A stretch of 64,000 bases of DNA from Bacillota bacterium (GCA_019428945.1 JAHYJM010000004.1:2294-66293), one strand, 5' to 3'; numbered from the stretch's first letter, positions 1 to 11,339 are shown. Numbers and translations are program-made. The notes: generated by a model from the letters alone, not told the origin.

Positions 1-723
1 ACTGGCTCCCATCGATAAAGCGGCACTGGCTGTATCTATGGCATCTACACCGGCTTCAGCGGCTTTCAGGTATGCCATGGAGGCCATTCCGCTGGTGTAG
101 TGACAATGCAGTTGTACGGGCAGGTCGACCTCACTTTTCAATCGCCCGACCAGTTCATAGGCATCATATGGAGTAATTAACCCGGCCATATCCTTAATAC
201 AGATTGAATCTGCACCACTGTTTTTTAAGTCCTGGGCCACATGCACAAAATAATCTATATTGTGCAGGGGGCTGATTGTATAGCTGAGCGTACCCTGGGC
301 GTGCGCACCCTCTCGTTTGGTAAAATCAATGGCCTTATTCATATTCCGGAGATCATTTAAAGCATCAAAGATCCGGATGATATCGATGCCATTGACTACA
401 GCTTTTTTGATAAACTCGCTGAGGACATCATCGGGATAGTGCCGGTAACCAACAATGTTCTGACCGCGCAGGAGCATCTGAAGTTTAGTATTTTTTAGCC
501 CTTCACGCAGGCGACGCAGTCTCTCCCAGGGATCTTCATCAAGAAAACGCATACAGGTATCAAAGGTTGCTCCGCCCCAGACTTCAAGCGAATGATAGCC
601 TACCTGATCCATTAACTCGAGCACAGGAAGCATTTCTTCCAGGCGCATTCTGGTTGCCATTAACGATTGATGGGCATCGCGAAGTGAAGTGTCAGTAATT
701 GCAATTTTTCTCGGTGTAACTAT
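1..723 (-). CDS. Pyruvate/oxaloacetate carboxyltransferase (OadA/PycB family), N-terminal part, runs off the window edge; not in the ORF track
   Basis: Manual translation: ...KIAITDTSLRDAHQSLMATRMRLEEMLPVLELMDQVGYHSLEVWGGATFDTCMRFLDEDPWERLR...QMLLRGQNIVGYRHYPDDV...CIKDMAG...LHCHYTSG. An in-frame TAA at 750-748 leaves only ATA (723-721) as a start with a plausible SD. Confidence 0.9.
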   Translation of the reverse strand, partial: MVTPRKIAITDTSLRDAHQSLMATRMRLEEMLPVLELMDQVGYHSLEVWGGATFDTCMRFLDEDPWERLRRLREGLKNTKLQMLLRGQNIVGYRHYPDDVLSEFIKKAVVNGIDIIRIFDALNDLRNMNKAIDFTKREGAHAQGTLSYTISPLHNIDYFVHVAQDLKNSGADSICIKDMAGLITPYDAYELVGRLKSEVDLPVQLHCHYTSGMASMAYLKAAEAGVDAIDTASAALSMGAS

Positions 724-755
724 AGCGTCGACATCCTTTCGGAAATATTAAGCGA

Positions 756-3173
756 CTATTCCAGTCCGATAAGGTTTACAGCCCGATCATTTTCGTCCAG
801 GCGTATCAGGGTGACGCCACGGGCGTATCGACCCATAAGTGATACCTGATCAATTCTCTGCCTGTTTACAACTCCCCGGGCAGTAACAATCATGAATTCT
901 TCCTCTGTTCCGCACAAAACGATAAATATGGAAAGCGGGCCGCTCTGAGGGGTGGTTTTCATGCCGATCATACCTTTTCCACCGCGCCGATGAATGGCAA
1001 ATTCACTTACAGCAACCCTTTTACCGAAGCCACCGCTAGAGGCAAGAAGCAACTGCGCCTCAGCAGTGACAAGGTCGGCTCCTACCACTCGATCTTTGGC
1101 GCCCAGGGATACAGCTTTAACCCCTCGCGCTGCACGACCCATCGGCCTTACCTGAGCCTCGGGAAACCGGACAAAAAGACCGGCGCTGGTACCTACAATA
1201 ACTTCTTTTTCGCCATCAGTCAGTTTAACAGCCATTAATTCGTCATCATCAGAAAGGTTCAGCGCAATAAGACCCGTCTTTCGGGTATTGCGGTATTCCT
1301 GCAGTGATGTTTTCTTGATCATTCCCCTGGCAGTAACCATGAGCAGGAAGAAATCATCACTAAATTCGGTGATCGGCATGGTTGCCGTAATATACTCTTT
1401 TTCCTCTAGCGGCAGGATGTTAACCAGGGCAGTTCCCCGTGATTGTCGGCCCGACTCAGGGACTTCATAGATCTGCAGGAGATAAACCTTACCCCTGTTG
1501 CTGAAACAGAGAAGTTTATCATGAGTAGATGCCACATGACACTGCTCAACCCGGTCATTTTCCCTGGTCTGGATACCAACAACCCCGCGACCGCCGCGGT
1601 GTTGGCTGCGGTATGTTGTTAAAGGCAGCCTCTTGATGTAACCACGATCGGTTAAAGTTACAACCACATCTTCCTGTAAGATTAGGTCGGTTATAACGAC
1701 ATCGCCCTCATCGGCAACGATATCGGTGCGACGATCGTCGCCATGTTTATTCTGTATAACTGTAAGCTCGTCACTGATAATATTCAGAACAAGCGATTCA
1801 TCTTCTAGGATCCGGCGTAGATAAGCTATTTTTTCCAGGAGCTGATCTTTTTCCTCTACAAGTTTGGATATTTCAAGCTGTGTCAGGCGCTGCAGACGCA
1901 TATCGAGAATGGCCTGGGCCTGTTTTTCAGATAAGTCGAGCAGATTCATAAGTCCTTCACGGGCGGTCTGAACATCTTTGGAAGCGCGGATCAGGGCAAT
2001 AACTTCATCAAGCATATCAAGAGCGGTGAGTAGGCCTTCAACTATATGAAGCCTTTCTTCAGCCCTATTTAAATCGAACAGAGAACGACGCCTGATGATT
2101 TCTATCTGATGCTCGATATAGTAAGCTAAAATCTGCTTCAGGGTCAGGACTCTGGGCTGTCCATCTACCAAGGCCAGCATAATGATACCGTATGTCTGCT
2201 GAAGCGGAGTATATTTATAGAGCTGGTTAATAATAACTTCCGGTTGAAAATCACGTTTTACTTCCATAACAACACGAACTCCGGAGCGATCTGATTCGTC
2301 ACGAAGATCGGTAATACCCTCAATTTTACGCTCTTTGACCAGATCGGCGATTTTTTCGACCAACTTCGCTTTGTTCTGCTGATAGGGAACTTCGGTAATC
2401 ACTATCTGATCGCGGGCTTTTTCCTTTTTCTCGATCAGGACCTTGCCCCTGACTTTAATTATGCCGCGCCCTGTTTTATAAGCGGAATAAATTCCTTCAT
2501 GGCCAACTATGATACCGCCAGTCGGAAAATCAGGGCCTTTGATATACTGCATTAAATCAATAACAGATGCCTCAGGATGCTTTATCAAATGCTTTAAAGC
2601 ATCAATCAGTTCTGTCAGGTTATGCGGCGGAATATTTGTAGCCATTCCGACCGCAATTCCAGAGGAACCATTAGCCAGCAGGTTTGGGAAACGGGATGGG
2701 AGTACAACCGGCTCTTCAAGGCTTTCATCAAAGTTGGGCCTGTAATTAACCGTGTCTTTCTGCAGATCAGTTAGAAGTTCACTGGCTATCGAAGATAGTC
2801 GAGCCTCTGTATAACGCATTGCCGCTGCGGAGTCGCCATCCTGTGATCCAAAGTTTCCATGACCGTCAACCAGGGGATACCTGGTAGAAAAATCCTGGGC
2901 CATGCGAACAAGAGTATCATAAAGGGCAACATCGCCGTGAGGGTGGTATTTACCTAAAACTTCACCGACGATACGCGCAGATTTACGATGTGGCTTATCA
3001 TGGGTTGATCCCATTTCAGACATGGCATAGAGGATCCGCCTGTGAACCGGTTTTAACCCATCACGCACATCGGGCAGAGCCCTGCTGACAATTACGCTCA
3101 TAGCATAATCAAGAAAAGAAACTTTTACCTCATCATAAATATTGACAGGAACAATGCTTTCTCTATCAGTCAT
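756..3173 (-). CDS. gyrA: DNA gyrase subunit A
   Basis: [31 protein letters not shown] (catalytic Tyr); GyrA-box QHRGGRG in the C-terminal domain. Confidence 0.98.
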   Translation of the reverse strand: MTDRESIVPVNIYDEVKVSFLDYAMSVIVSRALPDVRDGLKPVHRRILYAMSEMGSTHDKPHRKSARIVGEVLGKYHPHGDVALYDTLVRMAQDFSTRYPLVDGHGNFGSQDGDSAAAMRYTEARLSSIASELLTDLQKDTVNYRPNFDESLEEPVVLPSRFPNLLANGSSGIAVGMATNIPPHNLTELIDALKHLIKHPEASVIDLMQYIKGPDFPTGGIIVGHEGIYSAYKTGRGIIKVRGKVLIEKKEKARDQIVITEVPYQQNKAKLVEKIADLVKERKIEGITDLRDESDRSGVRVVMEVKRDFQPEVIINQLYKYTPLQQTYGIIMLALVDGQPRVLTLKQILAYYIEHQIEIIRRRSLFDLNRAEERLHIVEGLLTALDMLDEVIALIRASKDVQTAREGLMNLLDLSEKQAQAILDMRLQRLTQLEISKLVEEKDQLLEKIAYLRRILEDESLVLNIISDELTVIQNKHGDDRRTDIVADEGDVVITDLILQEDVVVTLTDRGYIKRLPLTTYRSQHRGGRGVVGIQTRENDRVEQCHVASTHDKLLCFSNRGKVYLLQIYEVPESGRQSRGTALVNILPLEEKEYITATMPITEFSDDFFLLMVTARGMIKKTSLQEYRNTRKTGLIALNLSDDDELMAVKLTDGEKEVIVGTSAGLFVRFPEAQVRPMGRAARGVKAVSLGAKDRVVGADLVTAEAQLLLASSGGFGKRVAVSEFAIHRRGGKGMIGMKTTPQSGPLSIFIVLCGTEEEFMIVTARGVVNRQRIDQVSLMGRYARGVTLIRLDENDRAVNLIGLE

Positions 3174-3249
3174 CTCTTCTCCTTTGCAGGGTGGGCTAAA
3201 GCCGGGTTTATGGCAAACCGGCTACAATAAGACCGGTTTCGGGTTTTAT

Positions 3250-3278
3250 TAAAAAATCCCGACAGACATGTCTGCCGG
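3250..3278 (-). terminator. Intrinsic terminator between the DUF5673-like gene and gyrA
   Basis: Minus-strand hairpin CCGGCAGA-catg-TCTGTCGG (includes a G.U pair that forms only on this strand) followed by a U6 tract. Confidence 0.65.
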
Positions 3279-3344
3279 TGTAAAAATATTTAACGCTTAA
3301 ATATTATCATAAAAAAAGAACGGGGGGAAGAGCACAGTTAAAGG

Positions 3345-3869
3345 CTAGCTCTTCTTTTTGCCTTTACCTGAACGCTTAGGAACCATTTTCTTCATCATCT
3401 GATCCAATTCTTTTTTGGCATCTGCTTTAACCTGCCAGGCTTCCATCCTTTTTCTTTTGCCCCTGTCAATAGTGATAGTCAGAACATCTTTAGACCACCT
3501 GAAGGATTCGACTTCAGACCATTTCCAGAATCCGCGGGGAGTTGAAATTCCTTTTTCCCTGATTGCAGGTTTTTCTACTTCACGTGCAATAACCGCAACC
3601 ATCAGGGCTCCGTAGAAATAAACATATGTATATGGGCCAAGGAGAAGCACGTCTTCAACAGCAGATATATTTTGCAGATCAAATCGCATCAGAAAATATG
3701 ATGCTGCAGCAAGAATAACTATTAGCATCAAAGAATCATTATTATAGCGGCTCAGAAGAACGCGATCAACCTTCAGTAAAATAGGGCCAAGTTTGTAATA
3801 GCGATAGTAAACATAACCGATAACAATGAACAGCAACAGTAAATAGGGAAAAAGAAGCCTCAGGTACAT
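3345..3869 (-). CDS. Membrane protein, DUF5673-like (three TM segments plus a small C-terminal PH-like domain)
   Basis: Hydrophobic N-terminal segments then GISTPRGFWKWSEVESFRWS; SD GGAGG before ATG 3869 (ORF track starts at 3884). Confidence 0.6.
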   Translation of the reverse strand: MYLRLLFPYLLLLFIVIGYVYYRYYKLGPILLKVDRVLLSRYNNDSLMLIVILAAASYFLMRFDLQNISAVEDVLLLGPYTYVYFYGALMVAVIAREVEKPAIREKGISTPRGFWKWSEVESFRWSKDVLTITIDRGKRKRMEAWQVKADAKKELDQMMKKMVPKRSGKGKKKS

Positions 3870-4020
3870 CAAAATTCCTCCCATTTATTAAAACTTTCAA
3901 TCTCCTATATTTAAACATGAAAACAGGTCGGGGTAAATAACCTGCCTTACAGAATGATCATGGACTCGTCGTTTATAAAATGTAAAAGTTAACAATTATT
4001 AATATTTTCAAGAATTGTAT

Positions 4021-4069
4021 AGCAGGATCATTCGATCTGAAAATTGAATATACAACATTATTCAATTTT
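4021..4069 (+). promoter_or_regulatory. sigmaH-like promoter overlapped by an 11-bp inverted repeat (candidate operator)
   Basis: GCAGGA (AGGA 4024-4027), 18 nt, GAAT (4046-4049); AAAATTGAATA-N8-TATTCAATTTT at 4040-4069. Confidence 0.55.
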
Positions 4070-4154
4070 TTATAAATAATATAAACGAATGGGGGTGAAT
4101 ACTCGTTTCTCGAAATTTAAGCTTTACATTTTATACTAAAATGGAGGGTCAAAA

Positions 4155-5174
4155 ATGAAAGAAAGAAACATTATATTTTATCTGATGGTGTTTGCTTTAG
4201 TCGCGTTGTTTTTTATTGGCGGCTGTGGGACTGATACAGCGCCAACAACCGAACCGGATACTGATGAGAACGGAACTGAAGAACCAGAAGCTCCGGCTGT
4301 CTCGCGTATTAACATGGGTTCCGGCTGGGTTACCGGTGCTTATTATCCCCTGGCAGGCGGAATGTCCCGTGTTATTCATACCAGTGTTGATACAATTTCC
4401 CTTACTGTCGAGTCATCCGGAGCTTCTGCAGTAAATTCCAGGATGATCGGCAGTGGCGATCTCGACATGGCCATAGTTCAGAATGATGTAGCCTTTTATG
4501 CCTATAATGGCGAAGGCGCATTTGATACCCCGATCACAAACATTCGCGGAATGTTTATCCTCTACCCCGAACCGGTACAGTTAGTTGCAGCGGCTGGCTC
4601 AGGTATTGATTCGCCTGCGGATCTTGCCGGCAAACGAGTTGCACTGGGCCCACTGGGCAGTGGCGCCGAAGTTAATGCCCTGCAGGTACTTGAGGCAGCT
4701 GGTCTCACAGAAGACGATCTGGCTTTGGCAGAACGCCTTGAAGCACAGGAAGCTGCCGATTATATCAGGGATGGAAGGCTCGATGCGGCATTTTACACTG
4801 TGGCAGTTGGCGCCTCGGTTATTGCAGACCTTGCCGTTATGGATGATATCTACCTTGTAAACATAGACGGTGACATTGCAGACGCGCTTATTGCTGAGTA
4901 TCCATTCTACGCTAACCTTACTATTGCCGGTGATGTTTACTCGGGAGTTCCGGAGGCACAGACTGTCTCAATCCTTTCGATGGTTATCTGTCGCGAGGAT
5001 CTTTCAGAAGATATAGTTTATGAATTTACGAAAGCGATTTTTGAAAACCTCGACGTAATTCATAATGCTCACTCAGCCGGACAATTTGTCACTCTTGAGT
5101 CGGCCCTGGACTGGATGGGCATTCCGATTCACCCAGGTGCGGAAAAATATTTCACTGAAGCAGGAGTAATGTAA
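4155..5174 (+). CDS. TAXI-family TRAP transporter solute-binding lipoprotein
   Basis: Lipobox FFIGGC; MGSGWVTGAYYPLAGG, SSGASAVN, QNDVA, YPEPVQLV, GKRVALGPLGSG, IPIHPGA. Confidence 0.93.
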   Translation: MKERNIIFYLMVFALVALFFIGGCGTDTAPTTEPDTDENGTEEPEAPAVSRINMGSGWVTGAYYPLAGGMSRVIHTSVDTISLTVESSGASAVNSRMIGSGDLDMAIVQNDVAFYAYNGEGAFDTPITNIRGMFILYPEPVQLVAAAGSGIDSPADLAGKRVALGPLGSGAEVNALQVLEAAGLTEDDLALAERLEAQEAADYIRDGRLDAAFYTVAVGASVIADLAVMDDIYLVNIDGDIADALIAEYPFYANLTIAGDVYSGVPEAQTVSILSMVICREDLSEDIVYEFTKAIFENLDVIHNAHSAGQFVTLESALDWMGIPIHPGAEKYFTEAGVM

Positions 5175-5194
5175 AATTAGCAGAGCAGTATAAA

Positions 5195-5229
5195 GGTACA
5201 GGGCGTTTACTGCGCCCTGTACCATTTTT
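5195..5229 (+). terminator. Terminator/stabilising hairpin between the binding-protein and permease genes
   Basis: GGTACAGGGCG-tttactg-CGCCCTGTACC then ATTTTT. Confidence 0.75.
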
Positions 5230-5255
5230 CTATTAACGGCCGGGGGTGAGTTCCA

Positions 5256-7280
5256 TTGAGCCTGGAAGAAGCGATTCAAAAAAAAGATGAAATCGATCTA
5301 AGTGACATTGTAGACGAAGGAAGAGTGAGAAACCCCGGGGGAACAATGGCAGTGATTATCTTCATTGTCGGAGTCCTCTGGTCGCTATTTCATTTCTACA
5401 CCGCCGGCAGTGGTCTGCTTACTGCCACCCTGCAGAGATCAGCCCATCTGTCTGTCGGCCTCGCGCTCTGTTTCATGTATTATCCGTTAAACAAGAAAGA
5501 TGACGATGCTTATAAGCGTTTACCGTTTTATGATATTATACTGGCTCTTGCCGGGTTTGCTTCTATATTTTATGTTTTTTACTTTTACCGCGATCTGGCT
5601 ATGCGGGTAGGTGCGCCAACTACGACCGACCTGATTATGGGAGGCCTGGCTGTAGTGCTGATCATACTGGCAGCACATCGTGCTTTCGGGTTTGTGCTGC
5701 CAATTGTAACCATGGTTTTTCTATCTTATCCATTCATAGGCCCTTATTTGCCTGGCATTATCGGACATGGCGGATACCGCATAGTCAGGGTAATCAACGA
5801 TCTTTATATCACCAATACTGGCATTTTCGGAATACCAATCGGGGTAACCTCAACTTTTGTATTCGCCTTTGTCCTTTTTGGCTCATTTTTCCAGACTTCA
5901 GGCGCAGGCCTTTATATTGTCAGACTTGCTTTCGCAACTCTTGGTCGCTTCAAGGGTGGTCCGGCTAAGGCTGCAGTTATGGCCAGCGGTTTTATGGGCA
6001 GTATAATTGGAAGCTCAGTGGCAAATACAGTTGTAACCGGTTCAATTACGATTCCCGTCATGAAAAATACCGGTTTCACCCCCGAAGTGGCTGGGGGTGT
6101 TGAAACCGCAGCTTCTACAGACGGACAGTTTCTCCCCCCGATTATGGGAGCTGCAGCATTTGTAATGTCTGAATTTACGGGCATACCATACTGGCAAATT
6201 GCAATCGCCGCAGCCTTGCCAGCTGTCATCAGTTATTTTGCCCTTTTGGTTATCGTTCATCTTCAGGCAGCAAAAACAGGTATGGTCGGTATGGATAAAA
6301 AAGATATTCCACCTTTTCTTTCAACCTTTGTCCGCGGCATTTTTTACTGGATACCTATCTGCGTGCTTATTTACTACCTGATAATTGCCCGGATGACGCC
6401 TATTGCCGCCGGTTATTTTGCTATTCTGTCGGTTCTGGCAATTATGGTTATAATGCGGGTTATCAAATTAATCTCCGACTTAAAAGCAGAAGCTGTCACA
6501 CCTGCAGATGGTATAATTACACATATCAAGGGGTTATGGTCTGATTTTCTTGAGGGACTGGAAAGTGCAGCTAAAAGTATGTCAGGAATTGCCGTTGCCT
6601 GTGCCTGTGCCGGTATTATTGTCGGCATAGTAACGATGACTGGGTTAGGGCAGAGTATGATTTTACTTTTATCCGCCCTTGCTGGGGATAATCTGCTCAT
6701 TCTGCTGTTAATTTCTGCCGGCATTTCTATCATACTCGGGCTCGGCCTGCCAACAACAGCGAAATACGTGGTAATGGCGTCATTGGTGGCTCCGGCTATT
6801 TTGGTCATAGCCCCGGATATATCTGTTATAGCTGTGCATCTCTTTATTCTTTACTACGCAATTCTCGCCGATGATACGCCACCGGTGGGTGTTGCCGCCT
6901 ATGCAGCGGCGGCTATAGCGCGTTCAGATCCCATTAAAACAGGTTTGTTGGGTTTTAAATTCGACCTTGGCGCCTTTTTATTGCCCTTCATGTTTATCTA
7001 CAACCCTGAATTTTTACTAATCGACACTACATGGTATAAGGCTTTGCTAGTCGCAGCGACTTCACTCTTCGGAATATATTGCTTTTCGGCTGTAATTCAG
7101 CGCTGGCTTTTTACCAGAATGAAAATCTGGGAACAGGTAGTCCTGCTTGGGGTAGCCCTTTCGATGATCTGGCCAACCTGGTATACCGATATTATCGGTG
7201 CAGTAGTTTTTTTGGTTATATATTTTCACCAAAAAGCTGTCAAAGCCCGGGAAGATAAAGCTCTTGTTGCCGGAGCCTGA
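5256..7280 (+). CDS. TRAP transporter 4TM/12TM fusion permease
   Basis: GIFGIPIGV, GGPAKAAV, SSVANTVVTGSITIP, ASTDGQFLPPIMGAAAF, LGLGLPTTAKY, ADDTPPVGVAA; TTG start after SD GGGGGTG. Confidence 0.93.
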   Translation: MSLEEAIQKKDEIDLSDIVDEGRVRNPGGTMAVIIFIVGVLWSLFHFYTAGSGLLTATLQRSAHLSVGLALCFMYYPLNKKDDDAYKRLPFYDIILALAGFASIFYVFYFYRDLAMRVGAPTTTDLIMGGLAVVLIILAAHRAFGFVLPIVTMVFLSYPFIGPYLPGIIGHGGYRIVRVINDLYITNTGIFGIPIGVTSTFVFAFVLFGSFFQTSGAGLYIVRLAFATLGRFKGGPAKAAVMASGFMGSIIGSSVANTVVTGSITIPVMKNTGFTPEVAGGVETAASTDGQFLPPIMGAAAFVMSEFTGIPYWQIAIAAALPAVISYFALLVIVHLQAAKTGMVGMDKKDIPPFLSTFVRGIFYWIPICVLIYYLIIARMTPIAAGYFAILSVLAIMVIMRVIKLISDLKAEAVTPADGIITHIKGLWSDFLEGLESAAKSMSGIAVACACAGIIVGIVTMTGLGQSMILLLSALAGDNLLILLLISAGISIILGLGLPTTAKYVVMASLVAPAILVIAPDISVIAVHLFILYYAILADDTPPVGVAAYAAAAIARSDPIKTGLLGFKFDLGAFLLPFMFIYNPEFLLIDTTWYKALLVAATSLFGIYCFSAVIQRWLFTRMKIWEQVVLLGVALSMIWPTWYTDIIGAVVFLVIYFHQKAVKAREDKALVAGA

Positions 7281-7300
7281 CATGGAAGGTAGTATTTTAA

Positions 7301-7801
7301 GTGAAATTATTTTTGAATAGAAAAATGGCTTTACTTGTAATAATTTCTTTTACAATTATGGTTATGGTTGCGGGGATCTTTTATTATAGCTATTTGTTAA
7401 TGGAACGCCAAACCTGGCACCTGGTTGTTGAAGATCCCCGTGACAATGTTGAATATTACTTTATAAAAATTAAGCCAGGCGATCATTTCACCCTTACCTG
7501 CAGAAACTCCGTCAGTAAATCACTTGTAACAGGCACATTTGCGATCACCACTAAAGGGCAGTTTGAACCTTTAACTACTGCATTTACTTCATACGGACCC
7601 GGATTGCCCCTGGATTTTCTGGAAGAGTATGAGATTGAAGGTAATGTGATAACTGTTATTCATAGCGAAGAACCACGCGACAGTATTCGCCTCTGGGTCA
7701 CACCTTCTACAGAAGAAACTTTTTATCTGAATAACATGGCTTACCCCCTTGGAGAACTCACTGATACATACCTACTCGTATATATATATGTCTCAAAATA
7801 G
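7301..7801 (+). CDS. DUF1850-like protein associated with TAXI-TRAP
   Basis: N-terminal TM, FTLTCRNSVSKSLV and FTSYGPGLP resemble DUF1850 (H/NSV...GAGLP); operon context. Confidence 0.7.
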   Translation: MKLFLNRKMALLVIISFTIMVMVAGIFYYSYLLMERQTWHLVVEDPRDNVEYYFIKIKPGDHFTLTCRNSVSKSLVTGTFAITTKGQFEPLTTAFTSYGPGLPLDFLEEYEIEGNVITVIHSEEPRDSIRLWVTPSTEETFYLNNMAYPLGELTDTYLLVYIYVSK

Positions 7802-7828
7802 TACGACAGTATACCACTCGTTTAGATT

Positions 7829-7860
7829 ATCAGATCAATTTCTACCCTGATCTGATTATT
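7829..7860 (+). terminator. Probable terminator of the TRAP operon
   Basis: ATCAGATCA-N10-TGATCTGAT followed by a T-rich tract. Confidence 0.45.
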
Positions 7861-7962
7861 TAAGATTTTCTTCTAAACTCAGGGATTGCCTTCGGTCTTA
7901 AGAAACTAAATGGCAATGATAAAAGAGATTCTTAAATATTTATAAGCAGCATTTTCTAACCC

Positions 7963-7990
7963 GGAACTATTTTATATTTTGACTGTCATA
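7963..7990 (+). promoter_or_regulatory. ECF sigma-type promoter
   Basis: GGAACT-16 nt-GTCATA, 36 nt upstream of the ATG at 8027. Confidence 0.5.
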
Positions 7991-8026
7991 AATAGTACAG
8001 ATATATTCAAAATGGAGGGATATAAA

Positions 8027-8662
8027 ATGACGAAGAAGATATTACTTTTCGCAGCAATGATTTTAGCCGCATTTATGGCCGTAAGCGGTTGTGCAGACGG
8101 GGTTCCTGAAGATAATGAAGATATGGCCGGCCCTATCAGCGGTCTTATTTATACCATCGAAGATAGCCGTATATTGGTTATCGGAGGGATCGATGACGTT
8201 AATATCCCACAGGAAAAATGGTTCGAATCAGGAAACCGGGCTGTATACTTCAGCATAACTGATGAAACCGTCATAGAAGTAAATGGGGAAACGGTTTCTG
8301 CAGAAAGGCTGGCCAGGGGTCAGGCGGTAGATGTTTTTCATGAGGGGTTTTTGGCTGAATCATACCCCGAACAGGGTGGGGCATTAAAAATAGTGATCGT
8401 AAATGCTGATGCTGCAGGCGAATACAACACTGATTCGGGAAAATATATTGGCATTACAGTGAATGGCGAAGGAGAACTGCTGGAAATTAAAATCAGTGGA
8501 GTACCTGATGAAATACCATCAAAGCTATTTAAAATAACCGATGAAGTGAGAGAAGTATTTGCTGGCCTTGAATTAGAACCCGAAGAAGATATTATATTCC
8601 GCTACCTGCCGGACAGCGAATCTGACGGCTTGATTTTTGACCTTTCGCGGATTGTTAATTAA
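8027..8662 (+). CDS. Lipoprotein, DUF3221/YobA-like
   Basis: Signal peptide and lipobox MTKKILLFAAMILAAFMAVSGC; OB-like GLIYTIEDSRILV...GQAVDVFHEGFLAESYPEQGGA; SD GGAGG before ATG 8027. Confidence 0.7.
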   Translation: MTKKILLFAAMILAAFMAVSGCADGVPEDNEDMAGPISGLIYTIEDSRILVIGGIDDVNIPQEKWFESGNRAVYFSITDETVIEVNGETVSAERLARGQAVDVFHEGFLAESYPEQGGALKIVIVNADAAGEYNTDSGKYIGITVNGEGELLEIKISGVPDEIPSKLFKITDEVREVFAGLELEPEEDIIFRYLPDSESDGLIFDLSRIVN

Positions 8663-8680
8663 TTAAGATCTATTGATTAC

Positions 8681-8720
8681 GCCCCTGTCAAAATAAACAT
8701 CTGACAGGGGCATTATTTTT
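8681..8720. terminator. Terminator hairpin between the converging DUF3221 gene and gyrB, probably bidirectional
   Basis: GCCCCTGTCA-N11-TGACAGGGGC with a T-rich tract on the plus side. Confidence 0.75.
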
Positions 8721-8727
8721 TAAAGAA

Positions 8728-10644
<1,917 letters not shown>

Positions 10645-10719
10645 TCACCTCTGAAAATGCAAAATTGTAATTATATCATTATACCATATTTATGCAGAAA
10701 TATTGTTGAAGCGCTTTAG

Positions 10720-10965
10720 CTAGCGGTTGTTTTTCTGCCGTCTGGACAGCGTAATTGGAGATATTGGCGAAATAAATATATCTCTATCCGTTACTATAAA
10801 AGATTTTGGTAAATCGCTGCCAATTTTACTTTTAACCATATTAACTTTAACTGTCTCAAAAAATATACTGTTAATGTTTTCATCAACAGCAGAAAGGCTG
10901 TAATCAAAAATACCAATTAGTTCATGGGTAAAAACAATCTGTGAACCTCCAATATGAAGAAACAT
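10720..10965 (-). CDS. remB: RemB/YaaB (DUF370-like) protein
   Basis: MFLHIGG...KSFIVT...ISPISPITLSRR; canonical position between recF and gyrB. Confidence 0.85.
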   Translation of the reverse strand: MFLHIGGSQIVFTHELIGIFDYSLSAVDENINSIFFETVKVNMVKSKIGSDLPKSFIVTDRDIFISPISPITLSRRQKNNR

Positions 10966-11042
10966 TGCACCCCTCCGGCATTAACAATAATCTTATCATT
11001 CGGGCATATATGAAGAGTAATCATAATTTATCATTAAAAATA

Positions 11043-11339
11043 CTATTCGGCCAGATCGCCTATCTGAAAGAATATATCCCTGACTATTTTTGAACCTGCA
11101 TGCTGATTAAGTTTTCCGATAAGTTGAGGTTTCATCATGGTCAGATGATATGCCCAAACTGAATCTTTTACAGACACTCTTAGAACTCCGTTAGCAATAG
11201 ATTCTGCCTGTGTCACTTCAGACAGGGCCGATCCAACTATTTCATTCCAGCTTTGAACCAATTGATATTGCTGATAACCATTCCACAAATTGCAGCTCCG
11301 CAGGAAATTTTCAAGTACTGAACTGATCTGTTTCATCAA
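11043..11339 (-). CDS. DUF721/DciA family protein (putative helicase-operating protein)
   Basis: WNEIVGSALSEVT...NGVLRVSVKDSVWAYHLTMMKPQLIGKLN...VRDIFFQIG; overlaps the recF 3' end. Confidence 0.8.
   Translation of the reverse strand: MMKQISSVLENFLRSCNLWNGYQQYQLVQSWNEIVGSALSEVTQAESIANGVLRVSVKDSVWAYHLTMMKPQLIGKLNQHAGSKIVRDIFFQIGDLAE

Noticed and set aside
3576-3591. parS-like 16-mer TACTTCACGTGCAATA
   Set aside because: Only 12 of 16 positions match and it lies inside a coding sequence.
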